In this document: in pieces, positions 40,801 through 49,800 of the stretch
How positions within the stretch are numbered: the stretch's first letter is position 1
How the letters are laid out: each line of letters starts with the position of its first letter
DNA from: Botryllus schlosseri
Taxonomy: Eukaryota
Length of the DNA: 64,000 nt
NCBI GenBank assembly: GCA_051294905.1
Contig: CM119371.1
Location: 41,666,001 to 41,730,000 of the forward strand
Direction: 5' to 3'
Notes under the pieces: generated by a model
The model's database searches: none
The model's input: the letters and a program-made list of their open reading frames with translations, nothing else
What the model was told of the DNA's origin: nothing
Translations under genes and position numbers: made by a program

Positions 40801-41610
40801 GTGCAGTGCAATTGACAATATTGCCAAATATCTACACTTGCCAAATATCACACTTGCCAAATATCTATGTAACTCAAGTTTTGCATACTCATGCTCAAAT
40901 GAGGCAATCAGCATATGTTGTTGGTAGAAATTCAGCAAGCAAGACATTCTGCTGTTTTAGCGAAAGGATCGCAAGCAGTCAAAGGCGGGCTTGACCCTAC
41001 TGACAATAATTCAAAAGTTGGGGATAGATATGAAATCTGGGAATATATAACATAAGGTCGGAGTCAATATGGAAAGATAAAATATGAATGACAGTAAAGG
41101 AATGATAACACGAACAAAATATCTTATAGAATAGTTGCAATATTTTTGTTTTGGAGTCATTTTCTTAATACTTAATTGCAAAGATGAAGTCTAATTCGTG
41201 GCATTTTTCAGAGTTCGATCGAGCCGAGTCAATTTGGATCGAGTCCGGAAACGAGACGACGGATTTCACGAACGCTTTTCCCGCCTGGAAAGAAAAAGAG
41301 AAATCTGCGCGACTCAAGCTGGTGACAAATATTCCCTATTTCAGACTACTTTCTACTTTACAAATCGACGTTCCGTTTTCAGGTGAAACCGACGAAAGTG
41401 AGTCAGGTTCTGAGCAAACTGACTCGAGTCACGTACTCTCTGCAGGAGCTCACGGCCAAAGAGCTCCCGGACGGAGTCGACGCTCGACATCTGGAAACCT
41501 ACCTTTCCAACCGAGACTTCGAGCAACTTTTCCAAATGACAAAAGCAGAATATTACAAATTGCCGGCTTGGAAACAGATCAAACTGAGACAAGAGAAGAA
41601 TTTCTTTTAG
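7651..41610 (+). CDS. SVIL: Supervillin (gelsolin/villin family), multi-exon gene, 5'-incomplete
   Basis: 24 GT-AG exons join in one frame: 7651-7739, 7796-7860, 12015-12109, 12225-12371, 14968-15122, 15942-16132, 16305-16442, 16561-16677, 19493-19624, 20568-20798, 23330-23451, 24854-24941, 26130-26243, 27359-27510, 31162-31385, 32335-32562, 35500-35610, 38686-38858, 39767-39898, 39957-40029, 40090-40266, 40327-40470, 41212-41321, 41383-41610. Supervillin-like motifs include [72 protein letters not shown] and a C-terminal headpiece. Confidence 0.9.
8827..8860 (-). ncRNA. Minimal type I hammerhead ribozyme-like motif within a dispersed repeat
   Basis: Minus strand reads ACCC-CUGACGA-GUGUCAGCC-GAAA-AUAUU-C-GGGU: intact core boxes, 4-bp stem I, G-C closing stem II and palindromic stem III (AAUAUU). 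Confidence 0.45.
10130..10590. repeat. ~38-44-bp minisatellite
   Basis: Unit aatgaatagttctagttctaattgctagttttcaaa; degenerate relatives at ~7980-8200 (-), 26320-26690 and 35830-35910. Confidence 0.85.
10592..10690 (+). mobile_element. Tc1/mariner-pogo-like terminal fragment
   Basis: TA followed by ccgtaattttccatgtataatgcgca...ggggtgcgtattatacatgg, an end structure I recognise from pogo-like elements; the other end was not found. Confidence 0.45.
12015..12371 (+). CDS. SVIL: Supervillin exons 12015-12109 and 12225-12371
   Basis: KTPDSEIS...; [20 protein letters not shown]...[15 protein letters not shown]; canonical splice sites, phase 2/2. Confidence 0.8.
13207..14382 (+). mobile_element. 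Decayed non-autonomous hAT element with a transposase dimerisation-domain remnant, interrupted by the SINE
   Basis: Ends tagggcaattt / aaaatcgcccta; remnant peptide [19 protein letters not shown]; related minus-strand copies at ~34008-34290 and ~38098-38630 ([15 protein letters not shown]). No clear TSD. Confidence 0.55.
13744..14065 (-). mobile_element. tRNA-derived SINE, second copy
   Basis: Reverse complement of 4695-5020; a short degenerate head also occurs at ~14415-14480 (+). Confidence 0.8.
14968..15122 (+). CDS. SVIL: Supervillin exon
   Basis: WKKNNPE...[25 protein letters not shown]; cag acceptor and GT donor. Confidence 0.85.
15942..16677 (+). CDS. SVIL: Supervillin exons 15942-16132, 16305-16442, 16561-16677
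   Basis: Phase-consistent; ...QQEFDKFF...; [19 protein letters not shown]. Confidence 0.85.
17320..18195. repeat. 83-bp dimeric minisatellite (homogenised form of a pervasive ~42-bp intronic repeat)
   Basis: gcgtgtagctatcattctaattctaatgtaattt... recurs at 17401, 17484 and onward; degenerate versions occur in many introns on both strands. Confidence 0.9.
18196..18674. mobile_element. hAT-type MITE
   Basis: ~60-bp TIRs (tagggctgttcaaaaataacc...) and an exact 8-bp TSD ctgtgtag; partial relatives at ~90-155, ~19042-19320 and ~34900-35172. Confidence 0.9.
19493..19624 (+). CDS. SVIL: Supervillin exon
   Basis: [17 protein letters not shown]...[18 protein letters not shown]. Confidence 0.85.
20568..20798 (+). 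CDS. SVIL: Supervillin exon, first gelsolin-like repeat
   Basis: VSLRS...[54 protein letters not shown], followed by a gtgagt donor. Confidence 0.92.
21830..23020. repeat. 65-bp (130-bp dimer) minisatellite
   Basis: tgatatcaaaa at 22141, 22206, 22271 and onward, alternating two variants. Confidence 0.9.
23330..23451 (+). CDS. SVIL: Supervillin exon
   Basis: [15 protein letters not shown]...DFWDILGG, gtaagt donor. Confidence 0.88.
24854..24941 (+). CDS. SVIL: Supervillin exon
   Basis: [29 protein letters not shown]; phase fits neighbouring exons. Confidence 0.82.
25113..25665. mobile_element. hAT-type MITE with gactcgagtc subterminal repeats
   Basis: Ends cacggttgta / tacaaccctg, exact TSD attattgt; related fragments at ~12452-12730, 14628-14840, 19900-20540, 27860-27990 and 44258-44445. 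Confidence 0.85.
26130..26243 (+). CDS. SVIL: Supervillin exon
   Basis: [38 protein letters not shown]. Confidence 0.9.
27359..27510 (+). CDS. SVIL: Supervillin exon
   Basis: [26 protein letters not shown]...[12 protein letters not shown]. Confidence 0.9.
28672..29631 (-). pseudogene. Nested antisense fibrinogen C-terminal domain (FReD/FREP, ficolin/tenascin-like) gene, frameshifted in its last exon
   Basis: Exons 29631-29524 ([12 protein letters not shown]...KWT), 29363-29267 ([33 protein letters not shown]), 29161-29044 (LETVHQLT...AKYS), 28983-28672 ([12 protein letters not shown], frameshift, then [10 protein letters not shown]...FSTPGADHD...NCA...GPWWYDDDC...LNG...EMKI). Confidence 0.8.
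30536..30825. mobile_element. hAT (Charlie-like) MITE
   Basis: TIR cagtggttctcaacc / ggttgagaaacactg, exact TSD ctgtagtg. Confidence 0.9.
31162..31385 (+). CDS. SVIL: Supervillin exon
   Basis: [17 protein letters not shown]...LKPCDVLKM...IVDG. Confidence 0.9.
31440..32334 (+). repeat. Degenerate minisatellite containing ttttcaggctcacaagc units (also 15600-15915)
   Basis: Repeated caattttcaggctcacaagc motif. Confidence 0.75.
32335..32562 (+). CDS. SVIL: Supervillin exon
   Basis: [20 protein letters not shown]...[10 protein letters not shown]. Confidence 0.88.
32614..33704. mobile_element. hAT MITE containing a nested MITE (~32775-33085)
   Basis: TIR caggggtgggcaa / ttgcccacccctg, TSD gtttaagg/ctttaagg (7 of 8 match); inner element cagtggttctcaaac...gtttgagaatgtctg. 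Confidence 0.85.
35500..35610 (+). CDS. SVIL: Supervillin exon
   Basis: [25 protein letters not shown], a gelsolin-repeat motif. Confidence 0.88.
35915..36424. mobile_element. hAT-type MITE with atcggt/atcggc motifs
   Basis: TIR tagaggtcgaccg / cggtcgacctgta, exact TSD ctttttag. Confidence 0.88.
36577..38010. mobile_element. Non-autonomous hAT (Charlie/Buster-like) element with a transposase remnant
   Basis: TIR cagtggtcgggaacc / ggttcccgaccgctg, exact TSD cattagac; minus-strand remnant [11 protein letters not shown] (~37480-37530); 5' part also found at ~19686-19890. Confidence 0.85.
38686..38858 (+). CDS. SVIL: Supervillin exon
   Basis: ...[17 protein letters not shown]...WKMFRVKGN...LVE. 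Confidence 0.87.
39767..40470 (+). CDS. SVIL: Supervillin exons 39767-39898, 39957-40029, 40090-40266, 40327-40470 (introns 58, 60, 60 nt)
   Basis: [10 protein letters not shown]...; [21 protein letters not shown]...[10 protein letters not shown]. Confidence 0.85.
41212..41610 (+). CDS. SVIL: Supervillin terminal exons 41212-41321 and 41383-41610 (villin headpiece)
   Basis: [65 protein letters not shown] then stop. Confidence 0.93.
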
Positions 41611-41917
41611 TTTATTTCCGTATTATGCTTTGTGAGCCATACGCGCCTCTTTTACTGCACTCCAGACTGCCAGATTTCTAGTAAATTTATTCACAGCATG
41701 CTTCCGTGTCGCAGCAGTAGCCAACTATCATCAACTCAGTTCAGGTCAGGGCTCTCCAACGAAAAATTTCAATCATTCATGATTGAATCGGTCAATATGA
41801 TCGGGAATTGCATATATATTGCTGTCATTTTTTCATTCTTTCTCTGCTCAATTGCTCATGTATTCAGATTTATCGATAAAGCTGAGTGAGGTGTCTTGGA
41901 AAATGTAGGGCCTGGAA

Positions 41918-43882
41918 TTGTTAAAAAACCGCAATGAGCCTGGAATAAGCTCACAGGAACGTCGTTAAGATTTGTCGCAAAGCGTTTGAAAGTAGCTACC
42001 GACGAGTGCTGGGCGTACCAGCAACCCATAGAACGGCAACAAGACCAGTAATCACGAAATCACGGCTTTCGATTGGCTAATAAGCTATGCTTCAGTGATC
42101 ACGACGGCAGTGGCTTGCTGATCTGTTGTTGAAGGAGTCTACTAACGGCGGTGATTCTGTAAGCGCATTGTAGGTTGGTTGGCAGATAATGATTTAAGAT
42201 TGATTCAGGACATGTTCAGTGACTAGATACATGATGATGAACAAACAACAGCTACTTATCGGTATGGAGAAATACTACATCACGTGACTTATCGCATATT
42301 TATAACCGAGCGCATATCGCATATCAAAATTCACACAAACTTAAACATGACTGGCTTACTGTGAAGGAAACCGCCGTAGCCTACATGTCTGTTTTGACCG
42401 ATGGATAGCACAGAACCTGCGGAGAAATATTGCAAAGGCGCTTATGCAAGAGGCGAACGAATTTCTTGTCTCAGAAGAGATGCATCATCATTGAATACAA
42501 ATATAAAGCTTAACAATGACACTACTTGGTCTGATCTTATTAGGCTCCAGTATAACTCAAGTATAACTCAAGTATAACTCCAGTATAACTCCAGTATAAC
42601 TCAAGTCTTGAATGCTCTAAGGATTGGCTGAATCAGTTTTACTGATTGACTTATTAAACTCTTACAGCAAAATGAATTCTACAGCAAAATGAATTTCCTC
42701 GTAAGTGTTGTCAAAGTCGTCAATGATGCCGTAGAAAGAGGTGTAGAGGTAAGCACAGACTATGCAAAAATACAGTACATCTTAGCATGTCCTGAAGGAA
42801 TCTTGAGTCATTACCGGCTGTAACACTACAAATGCTGGAACGAAAAACGAGCTTAAAATGCATTGAAGCAGTGCGATAGTTACATATCTTCGTGGTTCCA
42901 TTACATAAGCAGATGGTTCCATTATATGAGCTATCTGGCCGGCCAATATAACATAATGCGAGCAGATAAGATTTTGTGCGGCATCCATCTCACGTATGGT
43001 GTGCTGTACCAGCTTGCGATGACTAATATACTTTGCTTACGCCCAGTCTGACGTATTTGCAACCATAACTAGGTATTTCTTGGATGTATATCTAGTTCTA
43101 AAAGAGCACAATTGTTCGCCGTTTCACCTCTGTTATGCCTGCAATTCTCTAAAGGTAAGTTGAGCTATACAATCAAACTGTCTTTTTAATGGGCATAATA
43201 GCATAGTCTGTGCTTATACCTTTTAACTCTGTGTGCGGCGTCATTGACGACTTTGACATCCCCAGCATATACGGCTGATCCAGCCAATCCTTGGGGCATT
43301 CAAGACTTCAAATATACCGCGACTGGAACCTAATAAGATCAGACAAAGTGTAGTGTCATTGTTAAGTTTTATATTTGTATTCAATGATGATGCATCCCTT
43401 CTGAAACAAGAAATTCGTTCACCACTTGCATAAGCGCCTTTGTAATATTTCTCTGCAGGTTCTGTGCTATCCATCGGTCAAAACAGACATGTAGGCTACG
43501 GCGGTTTCCTTCACAGTAAGCCAGTCATTCGTTAAGTTTGTGGGAAGTAGCCGCTGTTTGTTCATCATCATGTATCTAGTCACTGAACATGTCCTGCATC
43601 AGTCTTAAATCATTATCTGCCAACCAACCTACAATGCGCTTACAGAATCACCGCCGTTAGTAGACTCCTTTAACAACTGATCAGCAAGCCACTGCCGTCG
43701 TGATCATTGAAGCATAGCCGATTAGCAAATCGAAAGCCGTGATTACGCGATTACTAGTCTTGATTCCGTTCTATGGTCGCTAGCACGCCCACTCGTCGGT
43801 AGCTACTTTCAAACGCTTTGCGACAAATCTTAACGGCGTTCCTGTGAGCTTATTCCAGGCTCATTGTTGTTTTTTATCAATA
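41918..43882. mobile_element. Foldback-like element with ~600-700 bp inverted arms
   Basis: ~41918-42635 is the reverse complement of ~43275-43882 (caatgagcctggaataagctcacagg / cctgtgagcttattccaggctcattg); spacer ~640 bp. Confidence 0.85.
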
Positions 43883-44743
43883 CTCTATAGAATGAGACAT
43901 TGATACCCATCATTTTTGAGATTTTCCAAATTTTGGACAACCCTAAATTGCACAACTCCGAGCCGCCGCCATGCGTCTCTTCATGCGATGGTTCGCATGA
44001 AGCACATCATAATATACACGCACGCTCAAATATTATTGAAAACATTCTTCCATTTATTAAAAAAAAATTCCGCTCCACGCAACTAGGCCCTAAATTCACA
44101 CTGATTGTTCATCACTTAATGCCAGCGATTTGGGCTCGTCCGTGAAACGATCGTCCAATAAAAGCTATATAGTTGACATAGCTTCCATAGGGTGTGTGTG
44201 TGTGTGTGCGCGCGTCTAAGAATCGGATGTATAAAGGGTATAGTGATGAAATTGCCCCAGTGTTGGGATCAAGTCACTACATTCGAGTCACGAGTCATCT
44301 CGAAACATTGCACATTTTGACTCTAGTCAAGTCAAGTCAATCGATTTTCGAAAGTGACTCGAGTCAAGTCACTCGATTTTTGGAGGTGACTCGAGTCAAG
44401 TCACGAGTCAAGTCACAATTCAAGTCAAGTTGCCTTTTTGAAGTGTGAGGCATGATTACGTCATTGCATTTTGCTAGCCATGTCTAAAATACAGATTGAA
44501 TGGTCATTGATTCCAAACCAATGAGAGAGAGAGAGGCCCGTATTCAAAGAGACGCCTCGAACTCAAACTCAAGGCTTGCTCGACGGAGTAAAGGCTGAGT
44601 TCGACTCCATTGGAGTAGCTCCTTGGTATTCAAAGACATTTTCTAGCTTTGCTCAGTTTCGAGTCTTACTCGACACGTCTGGCATCATTCACAACTGTGC
44701 GCTCGCTTGGTATGAACTGTTAAGATGCCGGGTTGGAATACCG

Positions 44744-46828
44744 GGAGGAAGTTGGCCATCAAATTCTAGCCATCAAAAAAAAATTCGGAACTACTATGTA
44801 CAACAACGCAGGTATCGGATGTATCACCAGGACCACTCTTCCGGACATGGCGCGTGGCAGCAATCGGCCACATATGATATTTCGACGTTGGCCGGCCGCG
44901 TTGGAATACGAATTAAAGTAATTTCAAATCAATCAGCATACAAATTACCGACTGATTTCATCGCATCACGTCATTTGTGAAACAACTAACAAAGAATATA
45001 AACTCGACTGGCACCTGAACAGAGCTATCTCGCGAAACACTATCGCCGTCGCGAAATCTTCACAGCTGCTAGTTGTCGCTCTGCTGCAAACAAAATATCG
45101 CCAAATGCATTTCTAGCCAACAAAATCTGGATTTGACAAAACAAATAGTGTTCCGACACGTGAAACGCCGTACCTCAAAATCTTAATGTCTATTTTTCGA
45201 TCAAACAGTTGTTTTAGAAAGTAATAGGACAGTCCTACATGTTGCTAAACAATAAAGAAGTGTGTGCAACTCACCTTGAATAAATCTCAAAACTATACGA
45301 TACGCTCAACTATACAGTCAAGAATATTAAAATTTATTCACGAAAAATATTCAAAATTTTTCAATCTATTCACTGTGTCAAGGAATGGATTTCAAATACG
45401 TAGAGCCTATAGTTAGGCCTAGCAGCACCCCAATTTTCAGAGATATCCAAGTGGCTCAAGGTGTCCAACGGGCCCAATAAGCTCGACTGAACAATCATTG
45501 AAATTCAAATTTATTAACGAAAAATATTCGAAAATTTTAAAACTATAACCTGTGTCAAAGAATGGCTTTCAAATACGTATAGCCTACAATTAGGCCTAGA
45601 AGCACCCCAATTTTCAGCGATATCCAAGTGGCGCAAGGTATCCAACGGGCCCGACACACCTGACTGCTCAGTGATAAAAATACAAATTTATTCACGAAAA
45701 TATTCGAAAATTTTCAAACTATAACCTGTGTCAAGGAATGGCTTAAAAATACATATAGCCTATAGTTAGGCCTACCATCACACTAATTTTCTGAGATATC
45801 CAAGTGGCGCAAGGTGTCCAACGGGCCCGACACACCTGACTGCTCAGTGATAAAAATACAAATTTATTCACGAAAATATTCGAAAATTTTCAAACTATAA
45901 CCTGTGTCAAGGAATGGCTTAAGAATACATATAGCCTATAGTTAGGCCAAGCATCACACTAATTTTCTGAGATATCCAAGTGGCGCAAGGTGTCCAACGG
46001 GCCCGATACGCTCGGCTGCACAGTCATTGAAATTCAAATTTATTCACGAAAAGTATTCGAAAATTTTCAAACTATAACCAGTGTCAAAGAATGGCTTTCA
46101 AATACGTATAGCCTATAGTTAAGCCTAGCAGCACCCCAATTTTCAGAGATATCCAAGTGGCGCAAGGTGTCCAACGGGCCCAATAAGCTCGACTGAACAA
46201 TCATTGAAATTCAAATTTATTCACGAAAAATATTCAAAATTTTTCAATCTATTCACTGTGTCAAGGAATGGATTTCAAATACGTATAGCCTATAGTTAAG
46301 CCTAGCATCACACTGATTTTCAGCGATATCCAAGTGGACTGTCCTATTACTTTCTAAAACAACTGTTTGATCGAAAAATAGACATTAAGATTTTGAGGTA
46401 CGGCGTTTCACGTGTCGGAACACTATTTGTTTTGTCAAATCCAGGTTTTGTTGGCTAGAAATGCATTTGGCGATATTTTGTTTGCAGCAGAGCGACAACT
46501 AGCAGCTGTGAAGATTTCGCGACGGCGATAGTGTTTCGCGAGATAGCTCTGTTCAGGTGCCAGTTGAGTTTATATTCTTTGTTAGTTGTTTCACAAATAA
46601 CGTGATGCGACGAAATCAGTCGGTAATTTGTATGCTGATTGATTTGAAATTACTTTAATTCGTATTTCAACGCGGCCGGCCAACGTCGAAATATCATATG
46701 TGGCCGATTGCTGCCACGCGCCATGGCCGGAAGAGTGGTCCTGGTGATACATCCGATACCTGCGTTGTTGTACATAGTAGTTCCGAATTTTTTTTTTGAT
46801 GGCTAGAATTTGATGGCCAACTTCCTCC
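44744..46828. repeat. ~490-bp near-identical inverted repeat (44744-45235 / 46336-46828)
   Basis: Direct reverse-complement comparison shows only scattered substitutions. Confidence 0.9.
45290..46337. repeat. ~177-bp tandem satellite, about 6 copies
   Basis: aaatttattcacgaaaa...gatatccaagtgg...ccaacgggccc recurs with ~177-bp period. Confidence 0.9.
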
Positions 46829-46832
46829 AGGT

Positions 46833-49800
46833 GTTTTTCAGGGGGTCAAATCTGGTCTAGCTTTCACGTCTCTGAGAGTTTGATACGATCGGTTGAAGGT
46901 CCAGGACCATTTTCAATAACGACCGCCCGCTTGAACACGTTGAAATAGGGTATCGGATTATTCATTCTGAATATGCTACTTTTTTAGGGGGTATAATAAA
47001 TGAACTTGATTTCAATTAAACTTTTGCGCCTCTTTAAGCGTCGCGTCGACGAAATCCCCCGTCTTTGAGAGTTTAATACGATCGGCTGAAGCTCCAGGAC
47101 CATTTTCAATAACGACCGCCCGCTTGAACACGTTGAAATAGGGTATCGGATTATTCATTCTGAATATGCTACTTTTTTAGGTGGTATAATAAATGAACTT
47201 GATTTCAATTAAACTTTTGCGCCTCTTTAAGCGTCGCGTCGACGAAATCCCCCGTCTTTGAGAGTTTAATACGATCGGCTTTAGCTCCAGGACCATTTTC
47301 AATAACGACCGCCCGCTTGAACACGTTGAAATAGGGTATCGGATTATTCATTCTGAATATGCTACTTTTTTAGGGGGTATAATAAATGAACTTGATTTCA
47401 ATTAAACTTTTGCGCCTCTTTAAGCGTCGCGTCGACGAAATCCCCCGTCTTTGAGAGTTTATAACGATCGGCTGAAGCTCCAGGACCATTTTCAATAAGG
47501 ACCGCCCGCTTGAACACGTTGAATTAGGGAGAGTAGGATAATTGATTCTGATCAAGCTAGTTTTTCAGGGGGTCAAATCTGGTCTAGCTTTCACGTCTCT
47601 GAGAGTTTGATACGATCGGTTGAAGCTCCAGGACCATTTTCAATAACGACCGCCCGCTTGAACACGTTGAATTAGGGAGAGTAGGATAATTGATTCTGAT
47701 CAAGCTAGTTTTTCAGGGGGTCAAATCTGGTCTAGCTTTCACGTCTCTGAGAGTTTGATACGATCGGTTGAAGCTCCAGGACCATTTTCAATAACGACCG
47801 CCCGCTTGAACACGTTGAAATAGGGTATCGGATTATTCATTCTGAATATGCTACTTTTTCAGGTGGTATAATAAATGAACTTGATTTCAATTAAACTTTT
47901 GCGCCTCTTTAAGCGTCGCGTCGACGAAATCCCCCGTCTTTGAGAGTTTAATACGATCGGCTTTAGCTCCAGGACCATTTTCAATAACGACCGCCCGCTT
48001 GAACACGTTGAAATAGGGTATCGGATTATTCATTCTGAATATGCTACTTTTTTAGGGGGTATAATAAATGAACTTGATTTCAATTAAACTTTTGCGCCTC
48101 TTTAAGCGTCGCGTCGACGAAATCCCCCGTCTTTGAGAGTTTAATACGATCGGCTGAAGCTCCAGGACCATTTTCAATAACGACCGCCCGCTTGAACACG
48201 TTGAAATAGGGTATCGGATTATTCATTCTGAATATGCTACTTTTTTAGGTGGTATAATAAATGAACTTGATTTCAATTAAACTTTTGCGCCTCTTTAAGC
48301 GTCGCGTCGACGAAATCCCCCGTCTTTGAGAGTTTAATACGATCGGCTTTAGCTCCAGGACCATTTTCAATAACGACCGCCCGCTTGAACACGTTGAAAT
48401 AGGGTATCGGATTATTCATTCTGAATATGCTACTTTTTTAGGGGGTATAATAAATGAACTTGATTTCAATTAAACTTTTGCGCCTCTTTAAGCGTCGCGT
48501 CGACGAAATCCCCCGTCTTTGAGAGTTTAATACGATCGGCTGAAGCTCCAGGACCATTTTCAATAACGACCACCCGCTTGAACACGTTGAAATAGGGAGA
48601 GTAGGATAATTGATTCTGATCAAGCTAGTTTTTCAGGGGGTCAAATCTGGTCTAGCTTTCACGTCTCTGAGAGTTTGATACGATCGGTTGAAGCTCCAGG
48701 ACCATTTTCAATAACGACCGCCCGCTTGAACACGTTGAATTAGGGAGAGTAGGATAATTGATTCTGATCAAGCTAGTTTTTCAGGGGGTCAAATCTGGTC
48801 TAGCTTTCACGTCTCTGAGAGTTTGATACGATCGGTTGAAGCTCCAGGACCATTTTCAATAACGACCGCCCGCTTGAACACGTTGAAATAGGGTATCGGA
48901 TTATTCATTCTGAATATGCTACTTTTTTAGGTGGTATAATAAATGAACTTGATTTCAATTAAACTTTTGCGCCTCTTTAAGCGTCGCGTCGACGAAATCC
49001 CCCGTCTTTGAGAGTTTAATACGATCGGCTTTAGCTCCAGGACCATTTTCAATAACGACCGCCCGCTTGAACACGTTGAAATAGGGAGAGTAGGATAATT
49101 GATTCTGATCAAGCTAGTTTTTCAGGGGGTCAAATCTGGTCTAGCTTTCACGTCTCTGAGAGTTTGATACGATCGGTTGAAGCTCCAGGACCATTTTCAA
49201 TAACGACCGCCCGCTTGAACACGTTGAATTAGGGAGAGTAGGATAATTGATTCTGATCAAGCTAGTTTTTCAGGGGGTCAAATCTGGTCTAGCTTTCAAT
49301 TGGACTTTTGCGCCTCTTTAAGCGTCGCGTCGAAGAAATTTCACGTCTCTGAGAGTTTGATACGATCGGCTGAAGCTCCAGGACCATTTTCAATAACGAC
49401 CGCCCGCTTGAACACGTTGAATTAGGGAGAGTAGGATAATTGATTCTGATCAAGCTAGTTTTTCAGGGGGTCAAATCTGGTCTAGCTTTCAATTGGACTT
49501 TTGCGCCTCTTTAAGCGTCGCGTCGAAGAAATTTCACGTCTCTGAGAGTTTGATACGATCGGCTGAAGCTCCAGGACCATTTTCAATAACGACCGCCCGC
49601 TTGAACACGTTGAATTAGGGAGAGTAGGATAATTGATTCTGATCAAGCTAGTTTTTCAGGGGGTCAAATCTGGTCTAGCTTTCACGTCTCTGAGAGTTTG
49701 ATACGATCGGTTGAAGCTCCAGGACCATTTTCAATAACGACCGCCCGCTTGAACACGTTGAAATAGGGTATCGGATTATTCATTCTGAATATGCTACTTT

